Assembly: GCA_036787895.1 (NCBI GenBank) | Contig: DAIQOK010000003.1 | Location: forward strand, 72,328 to 104,327 | Reading direction: 5' to 3' | Length of the DNA stretch: 32,000 nt | Source of the DNA: Bacteroidota bacterium | GTDB lineage: Bacteria; Bacteroidota; Bacteroidia; UBA7662 | Shown here: positions 8,719 to 16,070 of the stretch, one piece after another | Layout: the number at the start of each line of letters is the position of its first letter | How positions within the stretch are numbered: position 1 is the stretch's first letter | Notes under the pieces: generated by a model | The model's database searches: none | The model's input: the letters and a program-made list of their open reading frames with translations, nothing else | What the model was told of the DNA's origin: nothing | Made by a program: the position numbers and the translations under genes

Positions 8719-9708
8719 TTAGAAACGAAATGCTGCGGCAGCGAAAGCGAGACCGCCACCACTACCAATGAGAAAAATGAGGTCGCCTTTTTTGATTTTG
8801 CCACTTCTTGCAGCAATATCAAGGGCCATAGGGATGGCTGCAGAGCCGGTATACCCATGTTTTTGCATGATGTAGGTTGCCCGATCATGAGTTAAATCCA
8901 ATATATCGAGCGTCGCCCAAATGCTGTTGATGTTTATTTGGGTTATAAAAAACTGGTCAATTTCTGCAGGCGATACCCCCAATCTATGGCATAGCGACAG
9001 GGTCATTTCACTCCAATAACTTGGGTTAAGTTCCTTGGGAAACTTATGAACAAACTTGAGTAATTGATCTTGCCTGGCAACGACCTCTGCCGTAATGGGT
9101 TGATTTGTACCTCCGGCATAAATACCCATCCAATCGGCATACTGTCCTTCGGTACGTAGTTCGCTCGCTAAAAACCCACTTTCGGTGTTTTTTTCAGCAC
9201 GCAACACTACTGCGCCAGCGCCATCGGCAAAAAGTGTGACTGTTTTTTTATCTTGCATATTGAGGTATTTGCTCATGGCATATGCCCCAATTACAAGTAT
9301 ATGGCGGTAGCGTTCGTCGGCCTGGATGTATTTAGCGGCGACATCCAAGGCGGTTACAAAACCGGCACAGGCGGTGTTCAAATCAAAAGTGCCGGCGTTT
9401 TTGGCACCGAGCCTGTATTGAACAATGGCTGCAGTGGCAGGTGAGATATATTCAGGGGTGTCGGTTGCAACGATTATCAAATCTATTTCCCCAGCCGAAA
9501 TGACCGCAGCAGATAAGGCTTTCAGCGCGGCAGAAACGCATAAATCTGCTGTCGATTCATCAGCTGCACACCAACGTCTTTCCTCGATATGTACATGCTC
9601 CCTGAGCCAGCTGTCTACATCTTCGCCCAGCAAATCATTAAAAAACTGGTTGGTGACTATACGTTCCGGCACATAATGACCGGTTCCTGCAATTACAGCT
9701 CTCCGCAT
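8719..9708 (-). CDS. KASIII (FabH)-like thiolase-fold enzyme with a non-canonical active site
   Basis: It is collinear with E. coli FabH from end to end (GTGHYVPE..., NTACAGF, ...GGGLAFAAAAFRF). The catalytic Cys is retained (C114, codon 9367-9369). The FabH His (HQAN) reads TQIN (T256, 8941-8943). The FabH Asn (GNTSAAS) reads GYTGSAA (Y286, 8851-8853). Confidence 0.8.
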   Translation of the reverse strand: MRRAVIAGTGHYVPERIVTNQFFNDLLGEDVDSWLREHVHIEERRWCAADESTADLCVSAALKALSAAVISAGEIDLIIVATDTPEYISPATAAIVQYRLGAKNAGTFDLNTACAGFVTALDVAAKYIQADERYRHILVIGAYAMSKYLNMQDKKTVTLFADGAGAVVLRAEKNTESGFLASELRTEGQYADWMGIYAGGTNQPITAEVVARQDQLLKFVHKFPKELNPSYWSEMTLSLCHRLGVSPAEIDQFFITQININSIWATLDILDLTHDRATYIMQKHGYTGSAAIPMALDIAARSGKIKKGDLIFLIGSGGGLAFAAAAFRF

Positions 9709-9712
9709 AATT

Positions 9713-10459
9713 TTAAAGACTTAAGGCGCCATCTACACTAATGCAGGTGCCACTGATATAGGATGCCTCATCGGAGGCCAGAAAGCAGTAGATATTGGCG
9801 ATATCTTCAGGTGTTCCTAGTCGGTTCAGCGGTGTTTTAGCTTTCATCATTCCGATGATTTTCTCCGGCATGGCAGCTACCATTTCGGTCGCGATAAAAC
9901 CTGGAGCTACTGCATTTACCAATATTCCCTTTTTGCCAAATTCCCGCGCCCAGGTTTTGGTCATGCCTATAACACCGGCTTTGGTGGCTACATAATTGGT
10001 TTGTCCGAAATTGCCATACAAACCTACCACCGATGAAGTATTGATAATCCGACCCTGACCCTGCTCAACCATATAAGGTGTGATTGCTTTGGCGCAATTA
10101 AATACCCCGGTGAGATTTACATCTAGAACCTGCTGCCATTGTTCTTCCGTCATTTTTGCCAAGGTAGCATCGCGGGTAATACCGGCATTGTTGACCAGAA
10201 TATCTATCCGACCATAATTTTGCTGCACAGCCGCCGCCGCTTCAAGTACCAAACTAAGTTTGGTGGTATCAACCCGGCTATATTGATGTCCCGGCGAAAT
10301 AGCTAAAAGTTCAGTGTGTGTAGCTTTCCCTTGCTCATCCTGCACATCCCAAATCACCACTTTTGCACCCTCAGCTGCAAATTTTAGGGCCGCTGCTTTA
10401 CCTATGCCATTCGCACCACCTGTGATGATGGCCACCCTGCCACTTAATCGATTCATCAT
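9713..10459 (-). CDS. fabG: 3-oxoacyl-ACP reductase-type short-chain dehydrogenase (FabG-like)
   Basis: Rossmann motif TGGANGIGKA, plus NNAGITRD, NLTGVF, the catalytic YVATKAGVIGMTK, and VNAVAPGFIATEM. The protein is 248 aa, and its stop lies 4 nt before the KASIII-like ATG. Confidence 0.7.
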   Translation of the reverse strand: MMNRLSGRVAIITGGANGIGKAAALKFAAEGAKVVIWDVQDEQGKATHTELLAISPGHQYSRVDTTKLSLVLEAAAAVQQNYGRIDILVNNAGITRDATLAKMTEEQWQQVLDVNLTGVFNCAKAITPYMVEQGQGRIINTSSVVGLYGNFGQTNYVATKAGVIGMTKTWAREFGKKGILVNAVAPGFIATEMVAAMPEKIIGMMKAKTPLNRLGTPEDIANIYCFLASDEASYISGTCISVDGALSL

Positions 10460-10505
10460 ATCCTTGTTCTTTGAAGCAAGTTAAGCTTTAGGGCTACCAA
10501 GTGAT

Positions 10506-10707
10506 GCAAAGTCGGCGCAAGTCGGAATACGACTTAAGATATATTTACGACTATCAACTATCGTAATATACTCATTCAATGCGACTTATACCCATAATAA
10601 CTTAACCCGACTTTCAAAATAGACCTCTCCGAACAGCTGACTACCAATAAATTCTAATCACAAGTCAAGGGTCAAGCATCGGATTGTATTGAATTAGGCT
10701 AAGTCGG
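10506..10707. promoter_or_regulatory. Array of AAGTCG / CGACTT hexamers (candidate operator sites) upstream of the fabG-led cluster
   Basis: Exact AAGTCG occurs at 10509, 10519 and 10701. Exact CGACTT occurs at 10530, 10582 and 10608, with a near copy CGACTA at 10548. GCAA(A)GTCGG is tandem with 10-bp spacing. AAGTCG-gaata-CGACTT forms a perfect inverted repeat at 10519-10535. Confidence 0.5.
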
Positions 10708-10903
10708 TACAAAAACAATCTCCAATTCAAAAAAAAATTCGCTAAAAAACCAGCAAATCAGCCTTGAAACGCAACATTAACATTTCATTTGGAAGTATTA
10801 ACCCATCCTTAACCAGAAGAGATACAACCCCTGCGCAACTTTGTGCGTCATCTATCACGTAGCCCAACTACACTGACCCAATTAGACCCTAAGCCCCTAC
10901 GCC

Positions 10904-11242
10904 ATGAGAACATTATTTGCTTTACTCCTGCTGTTATCCTTCAGCATTCAAAACAGCTTTGCCGGCGGTACACTCAACGCCGAAGACGTGAGTGTCAAAA
11001 AAATGTGGACCAAAATCCAAAAAGAAATACGCATTCCGGCTAAAGTAATCAGCATGCATGAAGGTGAGAAGCCCGAAGTTCATTTCACTTTCGACGAGTT
11101 TGGAAATCTGCGAGTGCTGGAGGTAGAAAATGCCTCTCCTTTCCTAGAAAAACAGCTCATAACAAGTTTTGAGAACATAAAAAATGCTGGTACACCTTTG
11201 TTAAGCGGGCAACGCTTCTCCATTCAATTGAAATTGCAATAG
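10904..11242 (+). CDS. Small secreted protein, function unknown
   Basis: A 112-aa ORF with an ATG start and the signal peptide MRTLFALLLLLSFSIQNSFAGG. A strong intrinsic terminator follows. The mature part (VHFTFDEFGNLRVLEVEN...) loosely recalls TonB-C-like small domains, but I cannot confirm that. Confidence 0.6.
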   Translation: MRTLFALLLLLSFSIQNSFAGGTLNAEDVSVKKMWTKIQKEIRIPAKVISMHEGEKPEVHFTFDEFGNLRVLEVENASPFLEKQLITSFENIKNAGTPLLSGQRFSIQLKLQ

Positions 11243-11271
11243 ATTTTTTTCATAGATCAGATTTCGCTTTG

Positions 11272-11305
11272 GCGGACCAGTCGGGAGATAGGTCCGCTTT
11301 TTTTT
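11272..11305 (+). terminator. Rho-independent terminator of the small secreted protein gene
   Basis: GCGGACC-(12-nt loop)-GGTCCGC followed by TTTTTTTT, 30 nt after the stop codon. Confidence 0.8.
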
Positions 11306-11309
11306 GCTC

Positions 11310-11335
11310 AAAAAAAAACCCCGCTAGGCGCGGGG
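11310..11335 (-). terminator. Rho-independent terminator for minus-strand transcription
   Basis: The minus strand reads CCCCGC-gccta-GCGGGG followed by nine T. It starts 8 nt after the stop of the 27-aa ORF and lies back-to-back with the plus-strand terminator. Confidence 0.8.
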
Positions 11336-11342
11336 CAATCAT

Positions 11343-11426
11343 TTAATGTGGTTCCTTGGTGTAGTAGGTCAGTGCAAACACAAAACCTCCCAAAGCCAAT
11401 ACTGCGAAAATAATCCAGCCAATCAT
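11343..11426 (-). CDS. Candidate 27-aa single-pass membrane peptide (below the ORF-track size cutoff)
   Basis: ATG at 11424-11426 and TAA at 11343-11345. The translation is MIGWIIFAVLALGGFVFALTYYTKEPH, one hydrophobic helix plus a polar tail. A strong terminator follows 8 nt downstream. There is no homology evidence. Confidence 0.35.
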   Translation of the reverse strand: MIGWIIFAVLALGGFVFALTYYTKEPH

Positions 11427-11491
11427 ATGATAAGTTTTGCAGCTAAGGTAAGTCAAGCCATTGGCTTATGCAAACGCTGAGCAAGCCGGAA

Positions 11492-11884
11492 CTAGATGAG
11501 AACCGACTTCCGAATTGTCCATCGAACAAAGTACCAGCCCAAACCGACGAGCAACATAGCGCTGGCAGCGATATAGGAGTACAGCCAATTGTCGGTATCG
11601 GCAGGCATATATTTCACCGATACAAAAGCTATGGCACCTACGAAAAGCAGCAATCGCGTACGTAGGGCAGTTGAACCCTTCTCGAAACGATTTGTGGCTT
11701 TATAAATCAACAGCAGGCCTAAACCCAAAGTCAACAGGGGCATAAACCATAACTGCCCTTGGTAAGCTGTCTCAGAATTATCTAACAAACGAACCAGCAA
11801 CACGATTACTGTAATGACCAGGTTCCAGACACCCAGTGCCTTTAAATCGATACCATTTTTAAACATAAGACAATTATATCTCAT
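11492..11884 (-). CDS. Hypothetical integral membrane protein (about 4 TM segments)
   Basis: A 130-aa ORF with an ATG start and an alternative ATG at 11866 (MFKNGIDLK...). It has four hydrophobic stretches. I recognise no family. Confidence 0.55.
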   Translation of the reverse strand: MRYNCLMFKNGIDLKALGVWNLVITVIVLLVRLLDNSETAYQGQLWFMPLLTLGLGLLLIYKATNRFEKGSTALRTRLLLFVGAIAFVSVKYMPADTDNWLYSYIAASAMLLVGLGWYFVRWTIRKSVLI

Positions 11885-12116
11885 TCCAGCCAGCCAAACA
11901 AACTGAATTTTATAAGCGCTTTAAGGTGAGGAGTTATTCCCCAGTTTGTGGTTTTTTACCTCAGCAAAAGCAAAGAGCAATTGTTTTTCATTTAAAGTAG
12001 AGCAGTTTAAAACTTTGGCACGAACTTGATGTTTATACACCTGAAATACAGCATACCATACGGTTTGTTGCAAGTACAAAGCTGAGAAGCAGCTTTTCAT
12101 AGGTTTAGTTTGGTTG

Positions 12117-12150
12117 ACCCCGTTGCTGTGAAGTAGCGGGGTTTTGTTTT
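12117..12150 (+). terminator. Orphan intrinsic-terminator-like hairpin in the 5' region of the NtrC-type regulator gene
   Basis: CCCCGTT-(10-nt loop)-AGCGGGG (5 GC pairs plus GU and UA) followed by TTTTGTTTT. It ends 48 nt upstream of the ATG at 12198. No plus-strand gene ends nearby. Confidence 0.5.
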
Positions 12151-12197
12151 GGATATCAGCGTTGCAAACTTTAGGTTAGCAGACTAATTAATAACAA

Positions 12198-13553
12198 ATG
12201 AAACGAATACTACTTGTTGAAGACGATTTACTCTTTTCTGAGTTGCTCCAGCAGTATCTCACGAAAAAAGGCTTCGAAGTAGTAGCCGTCAGCACCGGAA
12301 AGCAAGCCGAAAAATGGCTGGAAGCCAAACTCCCTGATTTGATGTTGCTCGACTACCGGCTGCCCGACACTACCGGTTTGTTAGTACTGAACAAAGTGAA
12401 AAAAGAGATACCGGCTCTGCCTGTAATTCTCATGACAGCTTATTCTGATATCCGTCTTGCCATTGAAGCTTTAAAAATGGGTGCGGCAGATTATATCATC
12501 AAGCCCATTCAACAGGAAGAACTTTTGCACAGCATTGAACATGCTTTAAGTCGGCCGCATCAAACGAATACAACGACAGAGCCGGTAGCCCAGCCCATTG
12601 CCGCACCAACTTTTGTAGCAGGCCGCTCGGCTAAGGCAATAGAAGTACAGGAGATGTTGGGATTGGTTGCCGCAACCCCAATTTCCGTCATCTTGCTTGG
12701 GGAAAGCGGAACCGGAAAGGAATATGCTGCCAGATATATTCATCAAAACAGCAAAAGGGCCGACCAAAATTTTGTCGCCATGGATTGTGGCACTTTAACG
12801 GATGAACTGGCCGCCAGCGAACTATTTGGCCACGTAAAAGGTGCGTTTACAGGTGCACTAAGCGATAAAACAGGCGTATTTGAACATGCGGCCGGCGGCA
12901 CCTTGTTTCTGGACGAAATAGGTAACTTATCCTACGATGTGCAGGTCATGCTGCTGCGGGTTTTGCAGGAAAAGCAGCTAAAAAGGCTGGGAGAACAAAA
13001 ATTAAGGCCAGTAGATGTGCGTATCATTGTAGCGACGAATGAAGACCTGAAAACGGCCGTAAATAATGGCAACTTCAGGGAAGATTTATACCATCGCCTG
13101 AATGAGTTTTCAATTGTGCTGCCCCCACTGCGAGAAAGAAAAGCGGACATTTCACTCTTCATGCAACACTTTTTAGCACAGGCCAACCAGGAACTGGAAA
13201 AATCAATTCTGGGTTTTTCAGCTGAGGTCGTAGCTATTTTTGAAAATTATAATTGGCCCGGCAATCTCAGAGAATTCAGAAATATTATTAAAAGATGTGT
13301 CCTTTTGACACAGACTGAACTAGTAGAAAGTAAGGTTTTGCCCGATGAGATTAAAAATTTCCGCAACAATAGCCCAGGTTTCGATGCAAGTAAAGCCAGC
13401 AGCGATTTATACAGCAGGCGTGATGCCCAGGAAGAACAATTGATCCGTGAGGTGCTCGAAAAAGTAAAATATAATAAAAGTCGAGCAGCTTTACTTCTAA
13501 ACATCGACCGCAAAACACTTTACACCAAGCTCAAAAAATATGGATTGGATTAA
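12198..13553 (+). CDS. Sigma-54-dependent Fis-family response regulator (NtrC type)
   Basis: Receiver domain (ILLVEDD...[13 protein letters not shown]). AAA+ sigma-54 interaction domain with Walker A GESGTGKE, the diagnostic GAFTGA loop and Walker B LFLDEIG. C-terminal Fis-type HTH ([24 protein letters not shown]). Confidence 0.9.
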   Translation: MKRILLVEDDLLFSELLQQYLTKKGFEVVAVSTGKQAEKWLEAKLPDLMLLDYRLPDTTGLLVLNKVKKEIPALPVILMTAYSDIRLAIEALKMGAADYIIKPIQQEELLHSIEHALSRPHQTNTTTEPVAQPIAAPTFVAGRSAKAIEVQEMLGLVAATPISVILLGESGTGKEYAARYIHQNSKRADQNFVAMDCGTLTDELAASELFGHVKGAFTGALSDKTGVFEHAAGGTLFLDEIGNLSYDVQVMLLRVLQEKQLKRLGEQKLRPVDVRIIVATNEDLKTAVNNGNFREDLYHRLNEFSIVLPPLRERKADISLFMQHFLAQANQELEKSILGFSAEVVAIFENYNWPGNLREFRNIIKRCVLLTQTELVESKVLPDEIKNFRNNSPGFDASKASSDLYSRRDAQEEQLIREVLEKVKYNKSRAALLLNIDRKTLYTKLKKYGLD

Positions 13554-16027
13554 GGAATCTTTTCCAAAAAGGCACGACAAATCCTAATCAATCTTCTGGA
13601 TTTAAAAGTTTCGCGCCAAGACCACCTATGCTCAGCTGCCTCCTTTTCCAATGCTCTAAATGCATTAACTACAACTAATTCGAACATGGCCAGCCTGCTG
13701 GTCAGTTGATGAACAACAGCATGGATTTCTGCAACATTTCCAACTGCAATACACTTTTCAAATTCTTCGAGTTGCGACAATATGGTTGTCTTGTATTTAG
13801 CTACATAGGCTGTTGACTCCTCGATGTTTCCCTCCAGGTAGTTCAGAATTTTTGAGTAGTTCTGAAATAATTCGGGCTGAATAGCCAACTGTTCTTCGTT
13901 TAGTAGTTGTAGTAATTCGCCCATATCGAATGGCTTATTCAGCAAACAGGAAAAAGTACTTCCCAATAGTTCCGAAGCTTCTGTTTCATGAATGGCTGCA
14001 GTCATCAAATAAAAAACACAATCTGGATCCTGCTCTTTCATGGTTTTCGCCATTTCAGCTCCCGATTGACCCGGAAGTCTGTAATCGGTTAGAACGACAT
14101 CATAGCGGCCGGTTTCAAAAGCCAGAAGTGCCTCGGCAGGGGAGGAAAAACAGTTGATTTTAGCCAGTTTATTTTCTAATACCGCTTCAAGGAGCTCAAT
14201 ATTTAAAGCGTCATCATCAACTACCAACAATCGAATAGGCAAACGTTCATTGCCGGATATATTGGCTTCAATTTCGTTTTCTGCTGATTCAAATACGACG
14301 GGTAATGTCAAATAAAAACTGGTCCCGACCCCCGGCTCACTATCAAGTTCCAGTTGTCCTGCGAACTTGTCGACTATACCTTTAACCAGATGCAGTCCCA
14401 GACCAATACCGTCATTTAGCACATCTGACTTTTGCTTTTTCTGGGCATAAGGCTCAAAAATCACCGATATTTCCTCCTTAGTCATCCCTGGCCCGGTATC
14501 GGTAATAATAAACCTAAGACTTGATTCATTTTTGATGATTTCAAGACTAACACCCCCTTTAGCAGTGAATTTAATGGCATTATCGAGCAAATTAAACAAC
14601 AGTTGACGTAATCGAAAAGGATCCGTGCTAAAGTGTAAATCTGCTTCAAACTCTGCTATTATTTCCCACGACAATTGTTTTTGAGCTGCCTTAGGCTCAT
14701 AAATTTGGTTAAGTTCATCCAGTAAATCATTCAGCGAAATTTTGCTGTGATTTAATTCCAATTTATCGTTGGCAAGCTGGTTAAATTGCAGTAGCTGTCC
14801 CAGGAGAAAATTTAGCTGTGCTGCGGTTTGTTTTATTAAACCAATCCAACGAACTCTCCTTTCGGCCGCTGCTTCCGAGAGTTGATTGGCAAAGCCCGTC
14901 AGTGCCTGGAGCGGTGTTCTTAATTCATGTGAAATGCTACCCAGTAGTTCTTGCCTGGCAGCCAATAATTCAGCTACCTTTTTCTGTTCCTCTTCCAGTT
15001 GTTTTTGCCGAACAGCTGAAATTCCTAGAAGTCGTTTTAAAACGAGCATCAAAGCCAAACCCATTAACAAGCCGCAGGCACTGATGAGCGCCAACATATT
15101 GCCAGCCTGGCGTGCTATCAATATCGCCTCCCCACTTCTTGTCTGTTGCTCGGCCAGAAAACGTCCTTCTATGGTTTCTGTGAGGCGATTCAGTTGAATT
15201 TGTAATATTTGTCCACTTTCTCTGAGGGCAATTTCTTTACGCTGCACATTTACGGCTAATTTACTGTTGTAATTCCGGGCAGCTTCCAACAATTCTCTAA
15301 CTTCTTCTCTCCGATCTGCTTGTAAAGGTTCTATTTGAAGCACACTATCGGTGAGCGAGATTTCTTCTCTGTTTTTAGGTGTGATTTCCTTCTTTTTCCC
15401 GCCAAAAAATTCTTTGAACTGTTGAATGAGATTTTTTTTGCCTTGCTCAACGATTGGATTCGTTTCTTCCTCATTGGCTGGTACTATAGGGACTTCTCTC
15501 CTTTGGATATACTTGTCAAGCCTAATGGTGATGGTAGAGTCAAGTTTGCCGGCTAAAACACCTTCCACTTCACGTAGCAATGACTCTGGCATGGCTGCTT
15601 CATTTTGAGCAAACTTCAATTGCACCAGGGCAGACAGTTGTTTGGTTCGCGCGTCTAATACGAGGCTCAGACTATCAGTAAGCGCTAAAAGCGATGTGTC
15701 AGCTACAAAACTATTTAATGTTACAAGTTGTGCTTTGATGTGTGTCGCGCTGGCTTCTATCTCTTTCAGAAAAATTACAGGAGAATCTCTGCCGCTGTAG
15801 CGGGAAGCGTTTTCGAGGGCGAGTAAATCTTCACGAATGTTTCTCAGTAATTCTAATTCATTTCGCTCGGCAGCCAGGGTAGCTATCGCTCTTTGCAGAT
15901 TAATAAACCGGTTAATGCCAATGCCACCGATTAAAATGATGAGCAAGAGGGTAAAAAACAACCAACCGGCAACCGCATTCCACAGGGTTGCCAGTAAGTC
16001 TTTAAATCCATTCGCTCTTTTCCGCAT
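13550..16027 (-). CDS. Hybrid sensor histidine kinase with receiver and C-terminal HPt-like domain
   Basis: Two TM segments flank a ~270-aa coiled-coil-rich region. H-box SISHELRTPLQAL, N-box LLDNAIKFT, G-boxes TDTGPGM and GIGLGLHLV. The receiver reads LLVVDDDALNIE...VVLTDYRLPGQSG. The C-terminal helical domain carries VVHQLTSRLAMFEL (HPt-like His). Confidence 0.85.
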   Translation of the reverse strand: MRKRANGFKDLLATLWNAVAGWLFFTLLLIILIGGIGINRFINLQRAIATLAAERNELELLRNIREDLLALENASRYSGRDSPVIFLKEIEASATHIKAQLVTLNSFVADTSLLALTDSLSLVLDARTKQLSALVQLKFAQNEAAMPESLLREVEGVLAGKLDSTITIRLDKYIQRREVPIVPANEEETNPIVEQGKKNLIQQFKEFFGGKKKEITPKNREEISLTDSVLQIEPLQADRREEVRELLEAARNYNSKLAVNVQRKEIALRESGQILQIQLNRLTETIEGRFLAEQQTRSGEAILIARQAGNMLALISACGLLMGLALMLVLKRLLGISAVRQKQLEEEQKKVAELLAARQELLGSISHELRTPLQALTGFANQLSEAAAERRVRWIGLIKQTAAQLNFLLGQLLQFNQLANDKLELNHSKISLNDLLDELNQIYEPKAAQKQLSWEIIAEFEADLHFSTDPFRLRQLLFNLLDNAIKFTAKGGVSLEIIKNESSLRFIITDTGPGMTKEEISVIFEPYAQKKQKSDVLNDGIGLGLHLVKGIVDKFAGQLELDSEPGVGTSFYLTLPVVFESAENEIEANISGNERLPIRLLVVDDDALNIELLEAVLENKLAKINCFSSPAEALLAFETGRYDVVLTDYRLPGQSGAEMAKTMKEQDPDCVFYLMTAAIHETEASELLGSTFSCLLNKPFDMGELLQLLNEEQLAIQPELFQNYSKILNYLEGNIEESTAYVAKYKTTILSQLEEFEKCIAVGNVAEIHAVVHQLTSRLAMFELVVVNAFRALEKEAAEHRWSWRETFKSRRLIRICRAFLEKIP

Positions 16028-16070
16028 GCCTCAAGATAATGGATACAATAAAAATCCATTTAAAAAAAGC

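Noticed and set aside
4700-10459. Calling the cluster a bona fide oleABCD / beta-lactone synthetase locus.
   Set aside because: Only the family composition matches. The hydrolase has a Ser (GHSLGG) nucleophile rather than the Asp of OleB-type enzymes. The reductase is a short FabG-type SDR rather than an OleD-type one. The thiolase-fold enzyme lacks His/Asn, which OleA retains. A symporter is also inserted. I report it as an analogy, not an orthology.
12016-12031. A sigma-54 promoter (TGGCACG AACT TGATG) upstream of the sigma-54 activator gene.
   Set aside because: The -24 element is perfect. At the canonical spacing, however, the -12 element reads TGAT instead of TTGC. TTGA fits only with a spacing one nt too short, and sigma-54 is spacing-sensitive. 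I keep it only as a weak note within the leader finding. The other TGGCAC occurrences I noticed (for example 2-7, 3863, 21645, 22101) lie inside genes and lack a -12 element.
16038-16060. The AT-rich hairpin after metF as a terminator.
   Set aside because: It has no U-tract and a weak AT stem. It is mentioned only in the co-transcription finding.
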